Notes: generated from the sequence alone by a model not told the origin. A stretch of DNA of 64,000 nt from an uncultured Lachnospiraceae bacterium (GCA_947169385.1 CAMVPR010000011.1:1534-65533); one strand, 5' to 3'. Positions 30,984 through 41,764 are shown, counted from the first letter of the stretch. Translations and numbers: made by a program.

Positions 30984-33900
30984 ATGAAGAAGTTTTTATG
31001 TTGGTTGTTAGTGGTGTGCATGGTGGGAGGTTTTATACCGGAGCATAGCACTACAAAGAGTGTGTGTGCGGCAGAAAGTACCATGTCGGCTGCGCCTAAG
31101 TACAAGGCAAATGAATTTGTCAATTATATGTCATTTGCGCATAATAACAGTGATTATGAAGTGTATCCGGTTGATGTCAAGAATACTAATCTTGCCAATT
31201 ACCTAAATGGAACCTCCTCTTTAGGTGATTTGCTGGGAGAGGGTGGCGATTATAGATGTACTAGAGAGAACGTCACAGGTAAGATTGGTTATGTTGGCCG
31301 GATGGATAGTATTTCTATTAATTTGGCGTCTGCATTGAATATTATGAAAGCAGACAAGATTTATGCTGAGGAAGGTATTCACAAAGAACTGTGGGGAGGA
31401 GGAGCTGAGAATCTTAACACAGTCAAGCAATACGATATAATTGTGTTTCTGGATACTTGTGACAGATATAATATGTCTTCTGAGGTGTTTCAGTATCTTT
31501 TAGAAGCGGCGAAGAATGGGGTTATCATTATCTATGATACAGCAATCACAAAATGGTGGTATTCCGGAGAAAATGACGGCAACAGATACATGTATGACTC
31601 GTTGAAGAATACTCTGTATTTAGGAAATACATCAAATGGTGTTATTCCACATGACACTACTATGATGAATTTTGGCGGTGTTAATACCAAGATGTATAAT
31701 TTGGCGGCGACAACTAAGATTGTGTTTCTTCCAACATTTAAACACGGAATGATAAGCAGGGCTTCAAGCATGCCTTTTGGAAATCTCAGGCAAGTTGTGT
31801 TTAATGAGAATATAAAGAGGATTGGGGATTCTACATTTTCACATTGTGTCTTTCTAGATACAGTTAATCTAGAGTATATCAAGACGATTGATTATAGGGC
31901 TTTTTATAACACTAGTGTCAAGAATCCGACATTTTACAGTATTGAAAGCATCGGGCAGGAGGCTTTTTGCTCCGGTGAATATATGGGGCTCGGAAGTGGT
32001 TATGTAACGGGAACGTTAGCAATAGCGAGCGGTGATTCGATTGTTATCGGTCAAAATGCTTTCAAGGGAAATGAAATTGTAAAGATTGATGTGGCTGAAT
32101 CGATTAGCGATATTGAGTTTGGAGATTACTGTTTTGCCAATAATCGAAAGGGAATTACGTCCGTTGATATACTGTCTTCTAGTTCTTATGGAGTAGGAGT
32201 GTTCCAAAATGATACAATTACTCGGATGACTCTTAAGCCGATAAGCTTTAGCGAGAATTGCTTTAATAAGGTTAATAACTGTGCAAGTATGGTCTTTTAT
32301 GTTCCTAAGGGCGAGGAGCTAAGTGTTGACAAGGATGCATTTAAGGGATGTGGTATTAGTGATGACGTCGACTTTTGTATTCTTCCTTATAAGGGAGCAG
32401 AGCCGGCTTCGTATGTCCCGTTTAATGAGCGAAACGATGACATTTCCTTATCTAATCTTAAAGCGTATACCGCTGAAGACGACTGTGTTATTTATTGTAA
32501 AGAGATATATACAATAACCCTTGATGCGGATGGTGGAATTGTAGGTGTTGATAAAATCAGAGTTGAAGACGGAGACGTCTATGATGTTCCTACTCCGGTT
32601 AAAGAAGAGTATAGATTTAAGGGTTGGTACATAGGCGATGAATTGATTACAAACGGAGAAGAAATTAATATTGACGGTGATGTAACACTTAAGGCTATGT
32701 GGGAGAAGATTACAACTGAGGCTAAAGCGACTACTGAGAAATCAGTGACTAGTTCACCTTCCGGTAATTCTTCATTTGTATCAAGACCGTCTGAATATGA
32801 TGATGAGTTGGATATTACGGCTGATCCGGATGAATTTGGCGATAATAAAAGCACATCAGGTGATGCCGAAGTTAATGGAGACAAGGCGAAAATAGCCAAT
32901 GTCTCAGACAAAGGCTTGGAATTACATACAGCAACTTTTATGGACACTCAGGCAGGAACGTTAGTAAACAAAGGATCTCGCAAGGTTCAGAACGGAAAGA
33001 AATGGAGAGATTACCTTCCCGATATCGTAGTTAAAGATACATCGGACAGAGGATATACGTTGATTTTTGATTACTGGGAGCTTGATGGAGACAAGGTAGA
33101 TTCGGATGATGAGATAAATATAGATAGAGATGTAACTCTTTATGCGCACTACAAAAAGATAGGTAGGGGGCGTAAGTACACTTTGAGTTTTGTGGAGTAC
33201 AATAAAACTATTGAGGTTGAAGAAGGAGATTGTTTATCTGAATATGATGTTCCGTTGCCTAAGAAATCGAATGATACATTTGCAGGATGGACTAGAATTG
33301 ATAATTATCCTGTGGTGGAAGTAGGCAGACTGACAATAGAAGTGAATGGGCGTATAGATGGCTCAAAACTAAATGGTTTTTCTGACGGCGATGTGATAAA
33401 ATTATATGGGATATGGCTTTCGAGTATTGAGAACCATAATATTACAACCTCAGAAACACTTACTATGAAGCCGATTTATTATACCAATGAAGAATGCCTT
33501 CCATATATATGGAGAAACGGGGATGCGGACACGGTTGAGATAACCAGTTACTCGTATGATGATGTTAAAAACGTTGAGAATATTTATAAAGAGATAAGGG
33601 AGTATGAAGGGAAGGCTAAGAATGTTGTGCTTCTTCCTAAAAACTATGCATTTGACGTTACTAAACATAAGAAATGCGAATATATAAGAACTAATCTAAG
33701 CGGAGAAGATTTTATAAGAGCGGCCAATCTTTTGTTTCTTATTCATACTCAACATGCGTGTATGGCGTCAGCGAGTATTGATATTACGATAGAAGAACTT
33801 CTAAAGGACGCGGTTATAGATGATCCTACCAATAGATACGGTAAAATTGGGGTTATATATCAGCCGTGGAACACAGACCCTTATATTGAGGAAAAGGGCA

Positions 33901-34760
33901 TGTATTGCGCATTTAACAGGAAGGAATTCATAAAAGCGTGTGATTATAACGATGAGTTAGACAGTAAGTTAGATCAATTAATAGATAAGCTTGGATTCAC
34001 AACTGATACAACCATAACTGATGCAGTTATGAGGCTCAATAAGTACTTTTTCGAGACCACAGGATATGATAGATATTATGTGGCGTGTGATTCGAAGAGT
34101 GCATTTGTAAATGCTGATAAGAGTAAATATTATTATGATGATAAGAATCATCATGTTATATGCATAGGATATGCAAAGCTTACTACAGAAGTATTTGCCA
34201 GGTGCGGATATGCAGCGAGATTGGCGGATAACCAAGCATATGTAGATACGGAAGGAGGTCATGCATTTAATCAGCTTATAATAAATGGTAAGACATTGTA
34301 TATTGATTATACATGGAATTCTTGGAGAGGTCCTGATAGTCGAGACGTACTTTATCTTGATTTGGATAGCATGAATAAGTATGGAAGTCACAAGTCACCT
34401 GGGTTGCTTTTGTCTGGAAAAGGAGCATACAGGTACACTACATTCGATCAAGAAGCGAAAGTGACAGAAAAACCTTCAAAGCCTACAATTAAGAAGATTA
34501 ACAATAAGACAACCAAAAAGCTTATTATCACTCTTAAGAAGGTAAACAAGGCTAAAGGCTATCAGATACAGTACAGCAAGAATAAGAACTTTAGTAATTA
34601 CGATAGTATAAATGTTAAGGACAATAGTGCAGTTATTAAGGCCCTTTCAAAGAAAAAGAAATATTATATAAGGGCAAGAGCGTATAGATATTCTGATTAT
34701 GATTCATTAACCAAGATTTATGGAGACTGGTCAGATGTAGTTAGCAAAACAACAAAATAA
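30984..34760 (+). CDS. Surface protein: BspA-type LRRs, InlB B-repeats, transglutaminase-like domain, Fn3-like C-terminus
   Basis: Signal peptide, IG..AF LRR repeats, PTPVKEEYRFKGWY B-repeats, triad motifs CIGYA, HAFN and IDYTWN, and GYQIQYS..YYIRARAY. Confidence 0.75.
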   Translation: MKKFLCWLLVVCMVGGFIPEHSTTKSVCAAESTMSAAPKYKANEFVNYMSFAHNNSDYEVYPVDVKNTNLANYLNGTSSLGDLLGEGGDYRCTRENVTGKIGYVGRMDSISINLASALNIMKADKIYAEEGIHKELWGGGAENLNTVKQYDIIVFLDTCDRYNMSSEVFQYLLEAAKNGVIIIYDTAITKWWYSGENDGNRYMYDSLKNTLYLGNTSNGVIPHDTTMMNFGGVNTKMYNLAATTKIVFLPTFKHGMISRASSMPFGNLRQVVFNENIKRIGDSTFSHCVFLDTVNLEYIKTIDYRAFYNTSVKNPTFYSIESIGQEAFCSGEYMGLGSGYVTGTLAIASGDSIVIGQNAFKGNEIVKIDVAESISDIEFGDYCFANNRKGITSVDILSSSSYGVGVFQNDTITRMTLKPISFSENCFNKVNNCASMVFYVPKGEELSVDKDAFKGCGISDDVDFCILPYKGAEPASYVPFNERNDDISLSNLKAYTAEDDCVIYCKEIYTITLDADGGIVGVDKIRVEDGDVYDVPTPVKEEYRFKGWYIGDELITNGEEINIDGDVTLKAMWEKITTEAKATTEKSVTSSPSGNSSFVSRPSEYDDELDITADPDEFGDNKSTSGDAEVNGDKAKIANVSDKGLELHTATFMDTQAGTLVNKGSRKVQNGKKWRDYLPDIVVKDTSDRGYTLIFDYWELDGDKVDSDDEINIDRDVTLYAHYKKIGRGRKYTLSFVEYNKTIEVEEGDCLSEYDVPLPKKSNDTFAGWTRIDNYPVVEVGRLTIEVNGRIDGSKLNGFSDGDVIKLYGIWLSSIENHNITTSETLTMKPIYYTNEECLPYIWRNGDADTVEITSYSYDDVKNVENIYKEIREYEGKAKNVVLLPKNYAFDVTKHKKCEYIRTNLSGEDFIRAANLLFLIHTQHACMASASIDITIEELLKDAVIDDPTNRYGKIGVIYQPWNTDPYIEEKGMYCAFNRKEFIKACDYNDELDSKLDQLIDKLGFTTDTTITDAVMRLNKYFFETTGYDRYYVACDSKSAFVNADKSKYYYDDKNHHVICIGYAKLTTEVFARCGYAARLADNQAYVDTEGGHAFNQLIINGKTLYIDYTWNSWRGPDSRDVLYLDLDSMNKYGSHKSPGLLLSGKGAYRYTTFDQEAKVTEKPSKPTIKKINNKTTKKLIITLKKVNKAKGYQIQYSKNKNFSNYDSINVKDNSAVIKALSKKKKYYIRARAYRYSDYDSLTKIYGDWSDVVSKTTK

Positions 34761-34771
34761 AGGAGAAGATC

Positions 34772-36028
34772 ATGAGAACATTTAAAAGTATATGCTTAAC
34801 TATATTTACTTTGGTATTAGGGGTTGTAATGTCCTGCGGTTATGTATTTGCGGAAGGTGATACTAATTATGTGAAGGCAGCTGACGGTCAGACTATTCAC
34901 GTAAAATGCTATAAAGATTTTACTGATTACGGTCATGATGTGCTTTATCAGACTATAGATGTTCCTTATGGTACGTCTGATATCAGCGGATATATTAATG
35001 CTCCTCTGAGAGAGTACTGTACTTTTATAAGATGGCGTTTCTTTGATGTCAACACTGAGAGCTTCAATGTAGACAAAATCACCGGTGAGAATATTATTGT
35101 ATATGGAGTGTGGTCGGATTATAAGCCTGTATCCTCTGAGGCAGATACATCATCAGAGGACAGCGAATTTGCTAAATTAACATGTTATCTTGACTATGAT
35201 TCATATAAAAGCGGCATTAGTTACGGTAGTGTTAACATTAAGAAAGCTTACAATGCTGAAAGTATTTTGGATGTTCCAAGGCGTGATAACTATATTTTCT
35301 ATAAATGGGTATTTATAGACGGTGATGGTAATCCAACCGACAGTATGACGAGCGTGAACAAGTCTGCTTATGCAGAATGGCTTGGACCGGTGCCAAGCTC
35401 GGGAGTGTCGGAAGATACAAGTTCTGATGCCAGCGTAGATGCATCCGGTAATCCACTTGTTAAGATAACCTATTACGAAACCTTTGATGATTACAAGAGA
35501 GGTGTTCCGTATAAAGAGCTATATGTGGGTAAGTCCATAGATTTATCAAGTGTAATTGCTAATCCTGAACGTGAATCATATAAGTTTAAGTATTGGAATT
35601 ATGTTCAAAACGGAGTGCTGGTTGATGATCCGCTATTTAACAAGAGAATCTATGCTTATGGTGAGTGGCAGGGACCAATATCAGAATATGATTCTAATAT
35701 CATCACCTATACTAATTTGAGAGACTATTCCAAAACTCGAGTTAGAGTCTTAAAAAGCAAGAAGAAGCAGATTAAGGTAAATGTTTTTAGCAACAATCAG
35801 AGTAATATTGGTGTCAAATGCAAAATCTGCTACTGGATAAAAGGTAAGTCAAAGAACAAGAAGACGGTAACATTTGACGCAAGTTCTTCTTCTCATAACA
35901 CGCAGTTCACACTAAAGAAGCTTAAATCCAAGAAGAAATATTGTGTAAAGGCAAGAGTTGAGGCAACTTACAAGGATGTTGAATATGTAAGCAAGTGGAG
36001 CAAGACTGTTACTTGCAAGACTAAATAG
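34772..36028 (+). CDS. Secreted protein with three B-repeat-like modules and a basic Fn3-like C-terminus
   Basis: Signal peptide, P.RE.Y.F..W repeats and LKSKKKYCVKARV..SKWSK. Confidence 0.65.
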   Translation: MRTFKSICLTIFTLVLGVVMSCGYVFAEGDTNYVKAADGQTIHVKCYKDFTDYGHDVLYQTIDVPYGTSDISGYINAPLREYCTFIRWRFFDVNTESFNVDKITGENIIVYGVWSDYKPVSSEADTSSEDSEFAKLTCYLDYDSYKSGISYGSVNIKKAYNAESILDVPRRDNYIFYKWVFIDGDGNPTDSMTSVNKSAYAEWLGPVPSSGVSEDTSSDASVDASGNPLVKITYYETFDDYKRGVPYKELYVGKSIDLSSVIANPERESYKFKYWNYVQNGVLVDDPLFNKRIYAYGEWQGPISEYDSNIITYTNLRDYSKTRVRVLKSKKKQIKVNVFSNNQSNIGVKCKICYWIKGKSKNKKTVTFDASSSSHNTQFTLKKLKSKKKYCVKARVEATYKDVEYVSKWSKTVTCKTK

Positions 36029-36034
36029 TTAATT

Positions 36035-36073
36035 AATCCCACACGACTTAACAGGTTTGAGTGTGGGATTTTT
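36035..36073 (+). terminator. Terminator
   Basis: AATCCCACAC ... GTGTGGGATT followed by TTT. Confidence 0.7.
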
Positions 36074-36107
36074 GTGGGCTAAGTGTAGCTATTACGGAGA
36101 TGTCTAC

Positions 36108-36136
36108 TTGAATACAGACCGAAAATGATTTATAAT
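36108..36136 (+). promoter_or_regulatory. Sigma-A promoter
   Basis: TTGAAT-17 nt-TATAAT. Confidence 0.6.
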
Positions 36137-36206
36137 ACTTATGTTAAGAGTTTTAGCTCTTGACGTGACCTAATTAACAATTCAACTAAAGGAAGGGGAT
36201 AGTATA

Positions 36207-36851
36207 ATGGATACAACTAATATGATTAAAGTACCTGCTAAGGTTAATTCAAGCATCAATCTAAAGCTTTTAAAGGGTCATTTTGCGACATCACATTCTC
36301 ATATCAGTCAGTATGTTGATATGACTACGCTTAAGTGTCGTTTCAATGAGGCTTCTCAGGCCGCTAAAGTGTTGGCAGACAAGTACACCAACTCAACTTA
36401 TGTAGATACTATTGTCTGTATGGATGGAACAGAGGTTATCGGTGCATTTATGGCTGAGAGGATGACACAGCAAGGTGTTATGTCTATTAACACTCACAAG
36501 ACAATCAGCGTTGTAACTCCTGAGATTCATTCAACCGGACAGCTTATATTCCGTGACAATCTTCAGCCTATGATTAAGAACAAGCATATAGTTCTTCTTA
36601 TTGCTTCTGCTACAACAGGTAAGACCATTCTTCACAGTGTTCGCTGTCTTGAGTTCTACGGTGGTATTATTGAGGGTATATCAGCTCTCTTCTCTGCATC
36701 TAACAATGTCGGAGGACATGAAGTTGATTCGATATTCACCGTTGAAGATCTTGACAATTATCATTCATATGATGCGGCAGATTGTCCTCTATGTAAGGAA
36801 GGCAAGAAGCTTGATGCTTTGGTCAATGGATATGGATATTCTTTATTGTAA
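36207..36851 (+). CDS. Type I phosphoribosyltransferase-fold protein (PyrE-like) with atypical PRPP loop
   Basis: LLKGHFATSHSH.SQYVD resembles PyrE. The PRPP loop reads VLLIASATTGKT. Confidence 0.65.
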   Translation: MDTTNMIKVPAKVNSSINLKLLKGHFATSHSHISQYVDMTTLKCRFNEASQAAKVLADKYTNSTYVDTIVCMDGTEVIGAFMAERMTQQGVMSINTHKTISVVTPEIHSTGQLIFRDNLQPMIKNKHIVLLIASATTGKTILHSVRCLEFYGGIIEGISALFSASNNVGGHEVDSIFTVEDLDNYHSYDAADCPLCKEGKKLDALVNGYGYSLL

Positions 36852-36868
36852 TTAATAACCATATACAA

Positions 36869-36898
36869 AACCCCTCCGGTTGATTAGCCGGAGGGGTT
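36869..36898. terminator. Bidirectional terminator between convergent genes
   Basis: AACCCCTCCGG-TTGATTAG-CCGGAGGGGTT. Confidence 0.85.
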
Positions 36899-36902
36899 GT
36901 TT

Positions 36903-37712
36903 TTAGCTCAAATGACTGATTACCTCTTGAGTAATGGACTCCATACTCTCGATGTCTTCAAATACTTTATTAAGTGATTCCTTGTGAGCATCCTGGGTAT
37001 CTGTCTGCTGTTTTAAGTTGTTCTGCATCTCCTCGATATCTTCTGAGAACTTACCTAAGATATTAAGAATCTCTTCGGAAGATACCTTGGTATCGTTAGC
37101 GAGCTTGCGCATCTGCTCAGCAACAACCGCGAAACCTCTTCCTGCCTCGCCGCTTCTTGCAGCCTCAATAGATGCGTTTAGAGCAAGCATATTGGTGTTG
37201 CCTGATATCTTCATAATGGCCTGAGTGAACTTCTGAACCTCGTTCATGTTGTTAACAATACTCTCGGCAGCGGCCTTGATATTGTTAGAACACTCTTCTA
37301 TGGTGTTGTTGAAATCTTCTGACTGTGTCATCTCATTATGAATCTGGCCTAAGGTTTCTAAAAGCTCGTTGGATTTAGACTTGGTAAATGTCTCGTTCTC
37401 CATGCTGATTGCAATTCCCATAGTACCAACGATGTTCGTGCCGTCTTTAATAGCTATTGTGATAGCTCTAAATTCAAATCCATACACGGTAGCCGGAACA
37501 ACCTGCTCAAGTTTCCTACCGGTGGTAAAACTTGTGTACATTGGATCATCATGGCTTAATACGTCTCCGACGTTAATATCTGCAACCATCTTCTGGCCCG
37601 GCCAGTAGGCAAGGAATTCGGTACCGTTGGTAACAGACATCATTATATCCATGCCAAGTGCGTCCTTGATAACAGGAACAATCTTGATATACTGTTCTAA
37701 TACTTCGTTCAT
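36903..37712 (-). CDS. Soluble methyl-accepting chemotaxis protein
   Basis: [32 protein letters not shown]; no TM segment. Confidence 0.9.
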   Translation of the reverse strand: MNEVLEQYIKIVPVIKDALGMDIMMSVTNGTEFLAYWPGQKMVADINVGDVLSHDDPMYTSFTTGRKLEQVVPATVYGFEFRAITIAIKDGTNIVGTMGIAISMENETFTKSKSNELLETLGQIHNEMTQSEDFNNTIEECSNNIKAAAESIVNNMNEVQKFTQAIMKISGNTNMLALNASIEAARSGEAGRGFAVVAEQMRKLANDTKVSSEEILNILGKFSEDIEEMQNNLKQQTDTQDAHKESLNKVFEDIESMESITQEVISHLS

Positions 37713-37843
37713 GTTTCGCCTCCTACTCTTATTATCAGATTAATTATTCTATGATTGATAATTATCACATAACAATAGTTTAACACACAAAAATATGCAC
37801 TACAACAGTAATATAATTAAATTTGTGTTAACGAATTAAGGTC

Positions 37844-37872
37844 TTGCTATATTTATGCTTGTAATTTATTAT
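37844..37872 (+). promoter_or_regulatory. Possible sigma-A promoter of dtd
   Basis: TTGCTA-17 nt-TATTAT. Confidence 0.5.
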
Positions 37873-37911
37873 ATATTATGAGAGATTATCTGCATTTACG
37901 GAGGAAGAGAC

Positions 37912-38358
37912 ATGAGATTTGTAATTCAAGTGTGTACTGATGCACAGGTTAGCATAGACGGCGATGTTGTAGGTAAGATTGGCAAAGGCTTTATGGTTCT
38001 CATAGGAGTCGGACAGGATGACACTAGAGAGATAGCCGACAAGATGATTAAGAAGCTTATTGGTATGCGTATATTTTCTGATGAGAACGGCAAGGCCAAC
38101 CTGGCTCTTAAGGATGTAGGTGGGGAGCTTCTTTTGATATCACAGTTTACCCTGTATGCAGACTGCAAAAAGGGTAACCGACCAAGCTTTATAAAAGCAG
38201 GAGCACCGGATATGGCTTCAGATCTCTATGAGTATATAATTGCGGAGTGTAAGAAACAGATAGATGTTGTTGAAAGGGGACAGTTTGGTGCTGATATGAA
38301 GGTCAGTCTAACCAACGACGGACCGTTTACAATCATACTTGATTCAGAAGATTTATAG
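37912..38358 (+). CDS. dtd: D-aminoacyl-tRNA deacylase
   Basis: [23 protein letters not shown] and NDGPFT. Confidence 0.96.
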   Translation: MRFVIQVCTDAQVSIDGDVVGKIGKGFMVLIGVGQDDTREIADKMIKKLIGMRIFSDENGKANLALKDVGGELLLISQFTLYADCKKGNRPSFIKAGAPDMASDLYEYIIAECKKQIDVVERGQFGADMKVSLTNDGPFTIILDSEDL

Positions 38359-38396
38359 TGCGTTATCTAAACAGATAACAATTCGGAGGTATAATA

Positions 38397-41300
38397 ATGA
38401 GCAAAAAAAAGAGTGCTGGGGTAATAATAGCAATCGCTACACTGCTACTAATCTGTATAGTAGCAGCTGTTTGGATGGTTTTTAAACGTAATAAGCAGCA
38501 GACTAAGGCGTCAGGTATGTATCAGCTTGAGTCAATCAGTAGCGATTTTGAGAAAATGATTTCGGATTCTGAAGAACTAACTTTAAGGACAGCACTGTCT
38601 GCAAGTGAACTCGTGCATAACAGAGTCTCACTGCAGTTCTTTATTCAAGAGCAGAAGAAGAGGGTTATAGAGGATGATATAGGAGCGTTTAACGTATATA
38701 TAGCCAACCCTAACTGGTACATTATTCCTGGGTTTGATCCGGAGAGTGGATTCATTCCGACAGAGCGATTATGGTACAAAGGTGCTATAAAGAATCATGG
38801 AGTTCCTTATGTTTCATATCCTTATCAAGATGCCGTAACCGGTAAGATATGTTATTCTGTAGCGGTAATGCTGGGTGATAACGAGACTGTATTGGGAATC
38901 GACTACAACATGGATACTATCCAGTCTCATATAGCGCAGATGAATGATGATGAAATGATTAACGCTGTTATTGTTACGGAGGATGGTGTCATTGCGGGCT
39001 GTTCGGATGAGACGATTATAGGTGAAGATATTGCGGAAGCGCTTCCTGAGTATACGGGAGTGTGGTCACTTTCAAAGAATACCAATGGTGTAGCAACTGC
39101 CCGGATTAAGTCTGATAAATTATATGAGAATCTATTTGCTGCCAAAGCCAGTAATGGATGGTATTTTATAGTCGGGGAGAGTGATTGGGGACTTTATAAG
39201 AGTTCTTATATTCAGCTTGCTGTAACCGCAGCTCTTTTGCTGATTCTATTTACTATAATATCTATTCTGTATGTTCTTGCGTCCAAGAGCAGACGTGAGA
39301 CCGAGGAGGCTCTTTACGCCAAAGAAGAGTTTTTAAAGGGAGTCTCATCAAGGCTGATGGAGCCTGTTTCTAAGATTTTAAATTCATCTAATCTTGAAAA
39401 TGATAAAGATATCCAAACATCAATGGCTAGCATTCATGAATCCGGAGAGAAACTCTCGGAGATGATAGAGCAGATTTTGTCTTATTCTAATATAGTCAGA
39501 ACAGAGAAGAATAATGATACCATCAAACCGGTTAAAGGCAGTAGGCGTGTAAATAAGCATTACCGTGCGGTTATCCTTGCCATCATGATTTTTGTTATGG
39601 TTATCAGTTTATACATGAATCTCAGAATGTCGTACAATTGGGGCAATGCCAGTATGAAGAGTAAGGCTGAGAGTTACGGCTATAAGCTTTCGGAGTGGGT
39701 TGATACTCAAAAGGGCATACTTGACATGTTTGTAAGCAACATTTCCACTAATCCCGGAATCTTGGAAGATTATGATAGGACAGTTAATTACTTGAATGAT
39801 ATAACAAGTCAATATCCGGAGATTTCAGTAACTTATATGGCCAGTCCTGACCTGCATCCTACAGTGTTTATGAATAATGGATGGCTTCCGGAAGATGAGA
39901 ACTGGCACGTAGAGGATAGAGAATGGTATAAGACATCTCTTGCATCCGAGACCGGATGGAGTGTGTCGGAGCCGTATTACGATGAGCAGACGGGTGGATA
40001 CTGTATAACTATATCTGAATGTGTATATGATTCTAAGACCGGAAAGTTTTTAGGTATATTCGGTATTGATTTCTTTATGGACAAGTTAGTGGAGATATTA
40101 GGTGACAGTTATACTAACAGTGGCTACGCTTTCTTAGTCGATAAAGAAGGAGATATTATTAATCATCCGTATGGAAGTTATCAGATGTCTGAGGAATCTA
40201 TGACTAAAGTATCGGATTTGGAATATAACAAGGTAGAATTAAACGGAGAGCGTAGCGAGCTGATTAAAGACTACGATGGTTCGACTAAGATGTTGTTGGC
40301 TATTGAAAATGACATATCCGGATTTGGTGTCTATGTGGTTTCTGATATTTGGTCGATTTACGGGCAGGCAATAGTATATACGATAGTCTGTCTTGTAGCA
40401 TTTTTGACATGTATTATTCTGATAGCCAAGACACTTTCTGAGCTTATCGCATGGCAGGATGCAACCAATGCAAGGATGAGAGAAGCAACTGAGATGGCTA
40501 TTGCAGCAGGCCGTGCTAAAGGACATTTCTTGGCTCAGATGTCTCACGAGATAAGAACTCCGATTAATGCGGTTCTTGGAATGAATGAGCTTATTCTAAG
40601 AGAGACGGATGATGATAATATCAGGGAGTACTCAACCAATCTTGAGATTTCGGGCAAGACGCTTTTGTCGCTTATTAATGACATCCTTGATTTCTCTAAG
40701 ATCGAGGACGGTAAGCTGGAGATTATCGCGGTTAAATACAATGTTTCTGCTATAGTTAACGATTTGGTCAACTCTATTATAGAGCGTGCTAAAGCTAAGA
40801 ATTTAGAGCTTGTTGTTAATATTGATGACAAGATTCCTTCTGAGCTGTTTGGCGATGAGATAAGAATTAAACAGGTTATAATGAATATTCTTACAAATGC
40901 TGTCAAATATACAGAGAAGGGCAGTGTCACCCTCAGCATGAGTTACGATAAAGCGGGAGAAGAGGGAACCGATATAATCTTGCATGTGTCGATTAAAGAT
41001 ACCGGTATCGGTATAAAGCCTGAGGATATGAAGAAACTGTTCTCTGAGTTTGAGAGAATTGAGGAGGACAGAAACAGGAATATCGAAGGTACGGGTCTTG
41101 GTATGGCTATCACTAAGAGCCTCTTAGAGATGATGGGAACTTCTCTTAAGGTTGAGAGTGTATATGGAGAGGGCTCTAACTTCTATTTTGATCTCAAGCA
41201 GCCGGTTGTTAATTGGGAGCCGGTCGGTGATTACAAGAAGATGTATCAGAATATAGTTAAGGTTAGGAACGAGTATAAGGAGCAGTTTACCGCGCCTGAT

Positions 41301-41681
41301 GCTAAGGTTTTGGTTGTGGATGATAATTCCATGAATATCAAGGTGTTTACCGGTCTTGTCAAGAAGACCAAGATAAAGGTTGATTCTGCCGAGAGTGGAG
41401 ATGAAGGCTTAGCACTTATGAAAGAGAACAAATACGATATCATTTTCCTTGATCACATGATGCCTAACAAGGATGGTATTGAGACACTTAAGGAGCTCAA
41501 GGAAGACGAGGGCAATATTAACATGGATACTCCGGTGCTTTGTCTTACTGCAAATGCTATCTCCGGTGCCAGGGAGGAGTATATGGCGGCAGGATTTACC
41601 GATTATCTTACCAAGCCGATTAAACCGAAGGAACTTGAGGATACACTTATGAAGTATTTACCTCATGATATGATTAATTAA
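38397..41681 (+). CDS. Hybrid sensor histidine kinase with two Cache-like sensor modules
   Basis: Two TM-Cache-TM blocks (ERLWYKGA..PYQDAVTG and DREWYK..EPYYDEQTG), H-box MSHEIRTP, HATPase, and intact receiver (VVDD, FLDHMMP, KP). Confidence 0.9.
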   Translation: MSKKKSAGVIIAIATLLLICIVAAVWMVFKRNKQQTKASGMYQLESISSDFEKMISDSEELTLRTALSASELVHNRVSLQFFIQEQKKRVIEDDIGAFNVYIANPNWYIIPGFDPESGFIPTERLWYKGAIKNHGVPYVSYPYQDAVTGKICYSVAVMLGDNETVLGIDYNMDTIQSHIAQMNDDEMINAVIVTEDGVIAGCSDETIIGEDIAEALPEYTGVWSLSKNTNGVATARIKSDKLYENLFAAKASNGWYFIVGESDWGLYKSSYIQLAVTAALLLILFTIISILYVLASKSRRETEEALYAKEEFLKGVSSRLMEPVSKILNSSNLENDKDIQTSMASIHESGEKLSEMIEQILSYSNIVRTEKNNDTIKPVKGSRRVNKHYRAVILAIMIFVMVISLYMNLRMSYNWGNASMKSKAESYGYKLSEWVDTQKGILDMFVSNISTNPGILEDYDRTVNYLNDITSQYPEISVTYMASPDLHPTVFMNNGWLPEDENWHVEDREWYKTSLASETGWSVSEPYYDEQTGGYCITISECVYDSKTGKFLGIFGIDFFMDKLVEILGDSYTNSGYAFLVDKEGDIINHPYGSYQMSEESMTKVSDLEYNKVELNGERSELIKDYDGSTKMLLAIENDISGFGVYVVSDIWSIYGQAIVYTIVCLVAFLTCIILIAKTLSELIAWQDATNARMREATEMAIAAGRAKGHFLAQMSHEIRTPINAVLGMNELILRETDDDNIREYSTNLEISGKTLLSLINDILDFSKIEDGKLEIIAVKYNVSAIVNDLVNSIIERAKAKNLELVVNIDDKIPSELFGDEIRIKQVIMNILTNAVKYTEKGSVTLSMSYDKAGEEGTDIILHVSIKDTGIGIKPEDMKKLFSEFERIEEDRNRNIEGTGLGMAITKSLLEMMGTSLKVESVYGEGSNFYFDLKQPVVNWEPVGDYKKMYQNIVKVRNEYKEQFTAPDAKVLVVDDNSMNIKVFTGLVKKTKIKVDSAESGDEGLALMKENKYDIIFLDHMMPNKDGIETLKELKEDEGNINMDTPVLCLTANAISGAREEYMAAGFTDYLTKPIKPKELEDTLMKYLPHDMIN

Positions 41682-41690
41682 TTTAATATA

Positions 41691-41717
41691 AGATTCTTTG
41701 CTTCGCTCAGGATGACA
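41691..41717 (+). repeat. REP-like repeat copy
   Basis: AGATTCTTTGCTTCGCTCAGGATGACA followed by a T run. Confidence 0.8.
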
Positions 41718-41735
41718 TTTTTTTATAAATAATCC

Positions 41736-41764
41736 TTTACATCTTGCTTTCTTTGTAGTATTAT
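41736..41764 (+). promoter_or_regulatory. Possible sigma-A promoter of the fliD-like/jetABC unit
   Basis: TTTACA-17 nt-TATTAT. Confidence 0.5.
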
